NCBI GenBank assembly: GCA_044356455.1
Contig: JBIKWF010000024.1
Span: forward strand, 1 to 46,164
Direction: 5' to 3'
Length of the DNA: 46,164 bases
From: Bdellovibrionota bacterium
Lineage (GTDB): Bacteria; Bdellovibrionota_C; UBA2361; JBGSMV01
Under the pieces are notes generated by a model. It made no database searches and was not told where the DNA came from. It saw only the letters and a list, made by a program, of their open reading frames with translations. A program made the translations under genes and the position numbers. This document shows positions 26,757 through 35,264 of this stretch, one piece after another. Each line of letters opens with the position of its first letter. The first letter of the stretch is position 1.

Positions 26757-27764
26757 CTACCCCATGCGGCTAATTTCAGCCGTAAGCTTATCTACGGTTG
26801 CCGCAACGGTTCCAACCTCGGACACCACAATTCCAGCTCCAAGATTTGCAAAGTCACCGGCGACCGAGGGACTTGCGCCGACGGCAAGAGCCGCGGTGAA
26901 AAGTGAGGTCACGGTATCTCCTGCGCCGCTCACATCAAAGACTTCCCGCGCCATAGTATCAAGGAAGGCAGGCTCCTTTGCTCCGCGCTCCATGATCATG
27001 AGCCCATCTTCTCCGAGCGTAATCATCGCCATGTCGCAGTTCCAGAGCTTGAGCAGCACTTCGCCTGCGAGAGCGGCATTCTCTTTCGTCACAATACTGA
27101 ATCCGACCGCGGCCTCCGCCTCCTTACGGTTAGGCTTCACAATCGGGATATCACGGTAGATTGAATAATTTGCGGGGTGAGGATCAAGCACGAGAGGACG
27201 GTCAGTAATCTTGAGCAAGCCTTGCGCACGCGCCTCTGCAAGGCGCCTTATCAGCGGCTCAGAAATTGCTCCCTTTCCGTAGTCTGAAACTACAATACCT
27301 CGGGCATTGGCAAGATGTGTCTGCACAAAAGCGGCAAACCCTTCGCGCATCGCAGCGCCGAGTCCCTCTTTCTTCTCTCGATCAATGCGTACAATCTGCT
27401 GACGACTTGCGATCACGCGAGTCTTAAGAGAGGTAGGGCGGCCTCGATCAATCATCACCCCTTCTTTCTCTATCCCCTCTTTCTCAAGAAGTGCGAGAAC
27501 TTGTTTTCCTTCGTCATCGTCCCCGATGAAACCGCACAGGCTCACCTTTGCGCCAATAGCGCGAAGATTGTGTGCCACATTCGCCGCGCCCCCAAGGCGG
27601 TCCTCCACTCGGCGAACCTCAACCACGGGCACAGGAGCCTCAGGCGAAATTCTATCAACCCGCCCCCATATGTAGCGATCGAGAATCACATCTCCAATCA
27701 CCACCATCGGGACATCCCGAATCTTCTTTAACGTTTCGAGAAGTTCGGCAGGTTCTGTTTTCAC
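26757..27764 (-). CDS. rfaE1: D-glycero-beta-D-manno-heptose-7-phosphate kinase (stand-alone HldE kinase domain)
   Basis: VIGDVILDRY.WGRVDRISPEAPVPVV, GGAANVA, KTRVIA, SDYGKG, EVFDVSGAGDTV. Confidence 0.95.
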   Translation of the reverse strand: MKTEPAELLETLKKIRDVPMVVIGDVILDRYIWGRVDRISPEAPVPVVEVRRVEDRLGGAANVAHNLRAIGAKVSLCGFIGDDDEGKQVLALLEKEGIEKEGVMIDRGRPTSLKTRVIASRQQIVRIDREKKEGLGAAMREGFAAFVQTHLANARGIVVSDYGKGAISEPLIRRLAEARAQGLLKITDRPLVLDPHPANYSIYRDIPIVKPNRKEAEAAVGFSIVTKENAALAGEVLLKLWNCDMAMITLGEDGLMIMERGAKEPAFLDTMAREVFDVSGAGDTVTSLFTAALAVGASPSVAGDFANLGAGIVVSEVGTVAATVDKLTAEISRMG

Positions 27765-27870
27765 GAAAAATGCCCCTTAAAGCGACAAAAGTATCATTAG
27801 AACCTAATTAAATTGAGCGGTTAAGGCAAGGCTCTGCTCCCCGGACGAAAGTCCCCAAAAGGAGGCTTTG

Positions 27871-28986
27871 TCAGGAGGCGAGAATCGGCCTCAAACGCTC
27901 CAAAACCTGCTCCGGAGAGACGAGTCGCATACAGAGCCGCCCGAGTCCCGGGCAGCGCCGAAGATAACAGGGGGAACAGCCAACATCAGACCTGATCACT
28001 CTCTCGAAGTTCCCTACCGGCGCAGTGCGCTCAGGAGAGGTGGCGCCAAAGATGCCAAAGTACGGAGTCCCCACTGCGGCGGCGAGATGACCAGGCCCCG
28101 AGTCTGGGCCTACCGCAGCTTCCGCATATTCAAGAAGACTTACGAGATCTCCAAGAGAAGTTTTTCCCAGAACATTCATCACGCGAGGGAGCGAGCTCGA
28201 GAGCGCGCTGCCGCTCGAGGGGACCGCAAAAGCCTGGGCAAGTTTTTCAGCCAAGCTCGCTTGAGAAAGATCGCCAAGCAGCACTACCCCTACTCCCTGT
28301 TTTAGCAAACCGGCAGCTACGCCTTGATATCCCTCACCCACCCAGTTTTTAGATTCCCAAGAGCTGCCAAGCACTAAAACCACATACCGCGAAAGCGCAC
28401 GGCACACGCTTCCCACAAGCGGACTTTGTGGCAGGCCGGTAATCCCGGCATCAGGGTACTCAAGCGCGGCTTGACCCGAGGTGCCCGGAGACGACAATCT
28501 TGGAATTTCTAGGACATCAAGAAAACGCTCGTAGGCTTCAAATTTATTGGTGACAGCCTCTTCGTAGGGCAGAATTCGCTCAGTACTAAAAAGCCAGTTC
28601 CCTTCTTTTGCATTGCGGCGAGCAAAACCGATACGTCTTCGGGCCCCCGACAAAAAGGTAAGAAAACCGCTCTTGAAATGTCGCTGCATATCAAGAGCCA
28701 CATCATAAGGCTCCGCTCTAAGTTCGCGGCGCACCTTAAGGAGAGCGGCCAAACCCTTCCCTCGTTCAAAAACCACAATGCGGTCCAGATAGCGCGAAAG
28801 ACGCACAAGCCCCTCGCACTTTGGCTCTACCAACCAAGTAATACGAAACTGAGGATTATGGCGCTTTAACGCGGCAGCAATCGCAAGCCCTCTCGTCACG
28901 TCGCCTAATGACCCCATGAGGGTAATAAGGACCCTAAGGGGAACGCCTTCTTCAAGGGTTCCTGGAAATGCGCCAGAACGACTCAC
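27871..28986 (-). CDS. GT9 LPS heptosyltransferase (WaaC/WaaF-like)
   Basis: SLGDV, ITWLVEP, YDVALDMQRHFKS, GPDSGPGHLAAAVGTP..GIFG. Confidence 0.9.
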   Translation of the reverse strand: MSRSGAFPGTLEEGVPLRVLITLMGSLGDVTRGLAIAAALKRHNPQFRITWLVEPKCEGLVRLSRYLDRIVVFERGKGLAALLKVRRELRAEPYDVALDMQRHFKSGFLTFLSGARRRIGFARRNAKEGNWLFSTERILPYEEAVTNKFEAYERFLDVLEIPRLSSPGTSGQAALEYPDAGITGLPQSPLVGSVCRALSRYVVLVLGSSWESKNWVGEGYQGVAAGLLKQGVGVVLLGDLSQASLAEKLAQAFAVPSSGSALSSSLPRVMNVLGKTSLGDLVSLLEYAEAAVGPDSGPGHLAAAVGTPYFGIFGATSPERTAPVGNFERVIRSDVGCSPCYLRRCPGLGRLCMRLVSPEQVLERLRPILAS

Positions 28987-29702
28987 CGGCCCGTCGCTGC
29001 GACTTGCCGCAGCTCCATGGCCATAAGTTCTGATAGAGTTTCTGGGAGTTCATGTTTTATCACCGCCCTGCGCCAGCGGCGTAGGTATTGGTCACGAAGC
29101 TCGCGCTGCGTACCCCGATAAGGATGGGCATTGTCAAAGTCCACCACGTGCACCGCGCCCTCCCTGTCCACAAGAATATTACCAGGATGAAGATCCACGT
29201 GCAGAAGTCCGTTTTCAATCAAGACTCGCATTTGACGAGCAACTTCATGCACGAGAATGTCAGCGCCATGCATTTCTAGGACGTGAGAATCTGAGAGCCT
29301 GGAGTGCTCCGGGATCTCGCGCATAAAGAGCCAGCCCTCGTAAAGGAGAAACCCGCGCGTCGCATAGGCGATTGGTTCAGGCGCGAGAACACCAAGAGAA
29401 CGCACCTTATCCAAAAGCTCGAACTCGCGCCGAGGCCTTGGTTTTCCAAATCGGAAATAAAAGCGGGCCACAAGGCGACGCATCAGGCCACCTCGCAAAT
29501 AGCGCTTCACTACGACGCGTCCAAGACCAGGGATTTCACCAGCCGAGATCCCCCCGCGCCCGCCGAGTGGCCCCTCACCTTTAAGGGAAGGTTGCTGCGT
29601 TAGCCGCGCAAGCGCGCTTAGCTGCTCGGGAGAAAGCGAGCGAGTGGCCCCAAAATCATATCCAGAAACGCGAAAATGCTGCATTGATAGAGATACTCGC
29701 AA
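28983..29702 (-). CDS. Kdo/LPS kinase (KdkA/InaA-like)
   Basis: GGRG, VVKRYLRGGL, RPRREFELL, APEPIAY, LHVDLHPGNILV, VDFD; inside the LPS core cluster. Alternative start at ATG 29684. Confidence 0.85.
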   Translation of the reverse strand: MRVSLSMQHFRVSGYDFGATRSLSPEQLSALARLTQQPSLKGEGPLGGRGGISAGEIPGLGRVVVKRYLRGGLMRRLVARFYFRFGKPRPRREFELLDKVRSLGVLAPEPIAYATRGFLLYEGWLFMREIPEHSRLSDSHVLEMHGADILVHEVARQMRVLIENGLLHVDLHPGNILVDREGAVHVVDFDNAHPYRGTQRELRDQYLRRWRRAVIKHELPETLSELMAMELRQVAATGR

Positions 29703-29717
29703 AGGCCGCGCCTTGAA

Positions 29718-30731
29718 TCAACTGGCTGAAATTACTCGCCTGAAGGCGCTTGCAACCTCCGCGCTTTGAACCTCTCGCATGCAAGCCTCAGTGCGCACAG
29801 GGCAAGTTTTTGTGCCATGGCGACTGCAGGGCTTACAGGGGAGCCCCTTGCGCTCGACGACCTCAGACCGAGGGTTCTGCCAAGGCCCAAACCCGAATTC
29901 AGGTGAGGTCGCACAGAAAACTGCTACGGTGGGAATTGCAAAAGCAGACCCAAGATGGAGCGCCATGCTGTCATTACAGATGAGCGCCTTGGCACCACGA
30001 ATAATCGCCATCATCTCAGGAATGCTCGTGTGACCTGCCAAGTTGAGCGCCTGAGTTCCCGCGCACGCGGCGTGGGCCGTTTCTTGCTCAGAGCGATCCC
30101 CAAGCACGACCACACGCTGCCCTTCCAGGCAAAGAGCCTCAATAAGCTCCCGGTACCTCTCTACATGCCACCGTTTTGTGTACCACACGCTCCCCGGGAC
30201 CACGCACACATAGGCCCCCTCTGCCGGAAGCGCAGAGAAGAGCTCTGGACGAAGCTCTTCCCGAGCCGACGCAAAAAGCCGAAGTCGCATATCAAAGGTT
30301 TCGTGAGCTGCCTCTTTACTAAGCAGTACCAGATTGCGCATCACCTCATGACCGACGCCTGTTCTTGCAACACGCTCGTGCAGAAGAAAACCGAGCTTGG
30401 CCTCCTCAAAACCAACCCGCCTTGGAATCCCCGCAAGCGTAATCAGAAGAGCCGTGCGCCAAGAGCGATGCAGCGCATAGACGATATCGAACCTCATCGC
30501 GCGCAGCTCTTTTGCTTTTCTCAAAAGCCCGCCAATCCCGCGGTCATTTCGGCGCTTATCAAAGGTGAGAACTCCCGCCAGTAACGGATCCCGCTCCACG
30601 AGCCCGCGTCCCAAAGGGGTAGTGAGCATCCAAAGTTCAGATTGAGGATAAAGCTTCTTGATGCCCGCAATCACAGGAGTCGAGAGGATTGTGTCTCCAA
30701 GAAAGCTCGTTTGAATGAGAAGAATCTTCAC
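29718..30731 (-). CDS. waaF: GT9 LPS heptosyltransferase II-like
   Basis: KILLIQTSFLGDTIL, HRSWRT, PGSVWYTKRW, CNDSMALHLGSA, CKPCSRHG. GTG 30731 is preferred to avoid overlap with the epimerase. Confidence 0.85.
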   Translation of the reverse strand: MKILLIQTSFLGDTILSTPVIAGIKKLYPQSELWMLTTPLGRGLVERDPLLAGVLTFDKRRNDRGIGGLLRKAKELRAMRFDIVYALHRSWRTALLITLAGIPRRVGFEEAKLGFLLHERVARTGVGHEVMRNLVLLSKEAAHETFDMRLRLFASAREELRPELFSALPAEGAYVCVVPGSVWYTKRWHVERYRELIEALCLEGQRVVVLGDRSEQETAHAACAGTQALNLAGHTSIPEMMAIIRGAKALICNDSMALHLGSAFAIPTVAVFCATSPEFGFGPWQNPRSEVVERKGLPCKPCSRHGTKTCPVRTEACMREVQSAEVASAFRRVISAS

Positions 30732-30745
30732 AGCTCGCGCGGCTC

Positions 30746-31729
30746 TCACTTCGCGAGCACCATACGCAGCCACTCAGCCTCCTGAGCAATTCCCTCTTTA
30801 AGCTTTACTTGAGGATTAAAGCCCAGAATCTCGCGGGCCTTGGTAGTATCAGCGCTCGTGTGGCGCGCATCACCTGCCTGACGTTCGAGGCGATTAATGG
30901 TGAGAGGACCAACCAAGGATTCAATAATGGCAAGCACCTCATTGACGGTGGCTTGCACGCCTCCACCCACGTTAAAAACAGAGCCTGAGGGACCACGCTC
31001 AGCAGCTAGAATATTCGCTTCGACAATATCAGAGATGAAGGTGAAGTCGCGTGATTGCTCACCATCACCAAAAAGCGAAAGCGCCTCCTTAGTCAGACCT
31101 GCCCGAATAAAGCGATGAAAGGCCATGTCGGGACGCTGACGAGGACCAAAAACGGTAAAATACCGGAGTGAAACGGTAGGAACCTTGAACTCCTTGGCAT
31201 AGAGCACCATGAGATGCTCAGCCGCAAGCTTGCTTACTCCGTAGGGGCTTACGGGGCGAGGCGTAACGGTCTCGGAAGTAGGAAATGACTCTGCATCTCC
31301 ATACACAGAGGAGCTCGACGCATACACCACTTTCTTAATGGAGGCCCCCTTCGCATGCGAAGATTGCCGGCGAACTGCCTCAAGAAGCTGCTGCGTTCCG
31401 AGAATGTTGTTGTCGGTATAACTTTGAAACGTCGTGCCCCAACTCGCGCGCACTCCCGCCTGGGCCGCTTGATGAAAGACCCAGTCGACTCCTTCGAGCA
31501 GCGGATCAAGGGTTGCCGCGGCGGAAAGACCACTCGCCCCTAATAAATTGCCTTCGACAAAGCGAAAATTCTTATGGGAACGAGCGCCGGCAAGATTTCG
31601 CTCCTTCATTGCACGGGGATAGTAGTCCACGAAACAGTCAAGCCCAACCACGGTATGCCCATCGGCAAGCAGCCGATCGCAAAGTGACGAACCTACAAAT
31701 CCAGCTGCTCCAGTTACTAAACAATGCAT
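30746..31729 (-). CDS. NAD-dependent nucleotide-sugar epimerase/dehydratase
   Basis: TGAAGFVG, HQAAQAGVR, ASSSSVYG, YGVSK, LRYFTVFGPRQRPDMA, RDFTFISD. Confidence 0.95.
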   Translation of the reverse strand: MHCLVTGAAGFVGSSLCDRLLADGHTVVGLDCFVDYYPRAMKERNLAGARSHKNFRFVEGNLLGASGLSAAATLDPLLEGVDWVFHQAAQAGVRASWGTTFQSYTDNNILGTQQLLEAVRRQSSHAKGASIKKVVYASSSSVYGDAESFPTSETVTPRPVSPYGVSKLAAEHLMVLYAKEFKVPTVSLRYFTVFGPRQRPDMAFHRFIRAGLTKEALSLFGDGEQSRDFTFISDIVEANILAAERGPSGSVFNVGGGVQATVNEVLAIIESLVGPLTINRLERQAGDARHTSADTTKAREILGFNPQVKLKEGIAQEAEWLRMVLAK

Positions 31730-31745
31730 AAGTCAGAACCCGTCG

Positions 31746-31822
31746 AAAAAGAGCGCACGGTAAAAAAGGGTCACAGTAAAAGAGGGCCCAGCAAAAAAGG
31801 GCCCAATAAAAGAAGACACTGC
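31746..31822. repeat. Five degenerate 15-16-bp tandem units
   Basis: aaaaagagcgcacggt / aaaaaagggtcacagt / aaaagagggcccagc / aaaaaagggcccaat / aaaagaagacactgc. Confidence 0.6.
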
Positions 31823-32010
31823 AACGCCCACTATCGTGCTTGGCCTTCTAAAGAGCATAAACCTTACCAGACAGTGCCTCGAATGACGAGCACCTGGGTA
31901 ATATTCCCCAAACGCCCCCCTGACCTCACCGGATAACCTTCTTAATTTGAACTTATTGTGCCGCGCTCCCGCATGCTATAAGGCTATTCTCAACGTCTAG
32001 CAGCACCTCT

Positions 32011-33444
32011 ATGAGCCCCTCAACACCCCGCCTTGCGCTCCTTAAAAGCGAAGAACCCGAATTCCAGGCCATTGCAAGTTCCTTCGGGAGACATGCCGCG
32101 AGCCTTGAGCTCGTCCAGAACCTCGAAGAAGCAGCAGCGCTCGTGAATGACGGAGGCGCTCCTTTGCAAGGAATCCTCTATCCGCTGCGCATCCGTGCGG
32201 GACTAACCGGCATTAGTGCTTGCGTGCAATCGAAGGCCCACCCCGTCCTTTCTCTCATCCCTGCCCTGGGAATTTCTCCGACCAAAGATCGGCTCGTCAT
32301 AGACTCTTTTTATGGAGCAGGCGCAGACTGCGTTTTTGTTGTTCCCTTCGAAGCCGAACAAGTACTGATGCAAGCTGTTGCCTTAACGCGCGTATATCAA
32401 ATAGTGAAGGAGCGCTTGGCGGAGGAACGCGATACCTTTGCGCTCTCGTCAGGAGTGCTAAGTGCGCTCAATTCTCTACCCGAACCACTGGTTATTTTTG
32501 ACACGGCGGCTGGGGCCAAGTTCCTAAATTCCGCAGCCAAGAGGCTTGTTGGGATAGAGCAGGACGCCGCGATTGACCCCGAGAAGGCTCATCAATTTTT
32601 TCTGCACCTCGAACCTGCCCTTGAGACTTTCCTGAGAGACTGCAAGCCGCGAACCGGCTTAGACCCCAAGACTCTTGGCACCACAGTCACAGAAACTGAC
32701 GTCGTAAGCGCCAGCAAGCAGCGCATTCCGGTGCGCTGCACCCTTACTCCCCTGGTGGGAGAGCGTGGAGGCGTGCTTGGCGCCTCTGCCCACTTACAAA
32801 GCTTTGCTGAGCTTGAAGACGTGAAGCAGTCCTTACTCTTCGCTCAGCGCTCTCATGCACTCTCGCTGCTCGCCTCTGCCGGAATGCTTAAATTTTTGGA
32901 GCAACAGCATGGGGGCTTCCCCGTAGCGCCGGTGCAGCGCTTTATTTCTCTCTCCCAGAAGGAAGATGCTCGTTGCCGGCTCTCTCCGATCCTGACCGCA
33001 CTGATTGAAATCTTAGATAGCATTGTCCCTCCCGGCCTCACTATTATTACTAAAATGGGCGCGGACATTGAGAGTTCTGACCTTGCGGTCGCGCTTCGCC
33101 CGAGTGATGCACTTCAACTCTTTGGACATATCCTACTGCACGCCACTCGTACCTCCGGAATAGACGGAGAAGTCACGCTCTCCGCCCAACTCGACACCAG
33201 CCCTCCTTCTCAAGCAGTGGTTCTGCTTTGCACCGCAGAACAAGGCCCAAGCCGTGCCTTAATTTCTAGAGATTTAATTGGAGAGGCTACCAATTTAGGA
33301 GTGAGCCCCACAGCAGATAAAAACGGCAAGCTACTCGTCGGGCTCGACGCAGCCCAGGTCCTTGCGGACCGCTACCATGTGCGCATTGAGTTCAAGACTA
33401 CGGCGACGAGTTTTAAGGTGCGGCTACGGCTGCCTCTCTGTTAG
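32011..33444 (+). CDS. Degenerate receiver-PAS-kinase-like signalling protein
   Basis: Receiver-like N-terminus (AGADCVFVVPF), PAS (ALNSLPEPLVIFD...FLNSAAKRLVG) and a C-terminal HATPase-like tail (GLDAAQVLADRYHVRIEF...RLRLP). Phosphorylation motifs are lost. Confidence 0.6.
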   Translation: MSPSTPRLALLKSEEPEFQAIASSFGRHAASLELVQNLEEAAALVNDGGAPLQGILYPLRIRAGLTGISACVQSKAHPVLSLIPALGISPTKDRLVIDSFYGAGADCVFVVPFEAEQVLMQAVALTRVYQIVKERLAEERDTFALSSGVLSALNSLPEPLVIFDTAAGAKFLNSAAKRLVGIEQDAAIDPEKAHQFFLHLEPALETFLRDCKPRTGLDPKTLGTTVTETDVVSASKQRIPVRCTLTPLVGERGGVLGASAHLQSFAELEDVKQSLLFAQRSHALSLLASAGMLKFLEQQHGGFPVAPVQRFISLSQKEDARCRLSPILTALIEILDSIVPPGLTIITKMGADIESSDLAVALRPSDALQLFGHILLHATRTSGIDGEVTLSAQLDTSPPSQAVVLLCTAEQGPSRALISRDLIGEATNLGVSPTADKNGKLLVGLDAAQVLADRYHVRIEFKTTATSFKVRLRLPLC

Positions 33445-33460
33445 ATGTGCGCGTGACTTG

Positions 33461-33639
33461 GGGACAACCACTAAGAACACAGAGACCACTAAGAAAAATT
33501 TTGGGGAAACCTCTGAAAAGCACACTTCTTTGTACCTCCGTGCCCTCTGTGGTGATTCCCTTGATAAATTTTTCACCACAGAGGACGCAGAGGTACACCG
33601 AGGTGTACTAAGAATAACGGCTCTTCAGAGGTTCCGTAG
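33461..33639. repeat. Solo 9-bp repeat arm (33461-33495) followed by a family A element (33502-33639)
   Basis: ggggaaacctctgaaaag...ctcttcagaggttccgta enclosing tgtacctccgtgccctctgtggtga / tcaccacagaggacgcagaggtaca; between convergent genes. Confidence 0.85.
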
Positions 33640-33688
33640 GTCTGACCGCGGTGCGCTCATCGTGGAGGCGGCAGCCCCGTGAAAAGGA

Positions 33689-34813
33689 TTACTGTTTATT
33701 GAGAATCCACCAGACTACCATGATAATGAGCGCCATCACCATGATGAGCCCAATACCAAGCCAGATTTTGTCCTCGAGAGAAGACATGGCGTCTTCTTCT
33801 GGCACACCAATCATGTTTCGACTCCCTGGATGAATATCGTATCCAGAGATGCGTGAATTTATCGCGGACGAATCCAAGGTCACGGTTTGTGCTACACCAA
33901 TTTTACCAAATGGCAGCCGTTCAGGAGCTCGCGGCATTGCAGAAACCGTTGCGCCTTCGTCTGTACCGGCCTCGGCTGCCCAGGGAAAGGATCTCGTTGC
34001 GTCTCTCGCCGCAGGAGGCGCGGCCTCTTCCTGAGGGAGGTCTACTTCCGTGCCTTCCACAAGCTCAGCGTGATACTCCATCGTGGGCTTGCCCTTCGAG
34101 CTTGACGCCACGTGGGAAGCAGATTGAGACGCAGATGGGACAGGACGAACTTCAAGGGCGCGGCGATTCGCGCCCACAATCATGTCGTTAAAAATGACGC
34201 GGTAATGATCCACACTAAGCTCATCTCGGTCAGCGAGGACCGAAGTGCGGGTCAAAGGCTCGCCGTTAAGCGCAACGGCCACTTCTCCAGAGATCGTGAA
34301 AGCGGCCACACTTTCGCCCCGACGCTCAATCACTAAAGACGGAAGATCGTGAATATCAACATCAAGCCGTAAATCGGCCTTCGCTCCGCCAATCACGAGC
34401 GCACGACCGAACTCGGGGACGGGATACTCTTGAAGAAAGCGGCCGCGCGAAAATACGATCAAAGACCGAATGCCCGTGGGGGCGCCTACGCGCGTGTCAT
34501 GGCTATCTGCGAATGCAAGCTCCAAGGCGATATCGCCAAGCTGCAAATAATCGCCCGGTTTTACAAGTTTCCATTCCTGGGGGGTAATTTTGCGCCCGTT
34601 GAGCCACGATCCGTTGGTGCTATCTTGATCAAGGAAAAACCACTGCTGACCAATACCGCGGAGTACTCCGTGGTGGCGCGAAACGGCATGGCTATTAAGC
34701 AACACGCCGCCCTCAGGCGGATCTCTGCCCAGCACTACTTCCTCAGAGTCAACGTGACCCAGGTCTATTCTGCCCTCTTGGGCCAGATGAATGAGCTGAA
34801 GCGGTCGTGCCAT
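33689..34813 (-). CDS. FHA-domain protein (FHA, second FHA-like domain, linker, C-terminal TM)
   Basis: LGR...AVSRHHG...DQDSTNGSWLNG...LVKPGDYLQLG is a canonical FHA. A second FHA-like unit follows (VALNGEPL...LADRDELSV), then a C-terminal hydrophobic helix. Confidence 0.88.
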   Translation of the reverse strand: MARPLQLIHLAQEGRIDLGHVDSEEVVLGRDPPEGGVLLNSHAVSRHHGVLRGIGQQWFFLDQDSTNGSWLNGRKITPQEWKLVKPGDYLQLGDIALELAFADSHDTRVGAPTGIRSLIVFSRGRFLQEYPVPEFGRALVIGGAKADLRLDVDIHDLPSLVIERRGESVAAFTISGEVAVALNGEPLTRTSVLADRDELSVDHYRVIFNDMIVGANRRALEVRPVPSASQSASHVASSSKGKPTMEYHAELVEGTEVDLPQEEAAPPAARDATRSFPWAAEAGTDEGATVSAMPRAPERLPFGKIGVAQTVTLDSSAINSRISGYDIHPGSRNMIGVPEEDAMSSLEDKIWLGIGLIMVMALIIMVVWWILNKQ

Positions 34814-34988
34814 CTCGTGTTAAACTCCCCGTACTACTTAAAGAGCAATACAGGCATGCAATTTTAAAACCACGTCTCGCCGGAGGGGCTTTAGGCGGGG
34901 TTCTTGTATCCCCGCAAAAGCCAATAATACTTGGCTGTTACACCCTATTCTCCGCACAGATAGAATGTCGGAACAAGTACAGGAATTA

Positions 34989-35264
34989 TTAAGCTCGGCG
35001 TGAAAGCTTTTTATCAAGCTCGAGAAGAACGAAGGCTACCGCTTCAAAAAGTGGGCCGGGAATCTGCTCATCAATCTCAAGGGCGCTCAAAGATTTCGCC
35101 AGACCTGGATTTTCAATAACGGGAACTCCATAGCGCTTGGCAAGTTTTACGACTTCGTCAGCGCGAAGCTGCTCAGCCTTAAGGCTCACGGCAGGCGCTT
35201 CCATTGATTTGGTGTCGTACTCAAGACCAACAGCACGACGATAACGCGGGCGCCGAGAGCTCAT
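34989..35264 (-). CDS. Stand-alone FlhB/SctU C-terminal (post-cleavage, CC) domain protein
   Basis: AVGLEYD...APAVSLKA...A.EVVKLAKRYGVPVIENPGLAKSL..LEIDEQIPGPLFEAVAFVL matches FlhB-CC and FlhX/YlqH-type proteins. Confidence 0.9.
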   Translation of the reverse strand: MSSRRPRYRRAVGLEYDTKSMEAPAVSLKAEQLRADEVVKLAKRYGVPVIENPGLAKSLSALEIDEQIPGPLFEAVAFVLLELDKKLSRRA

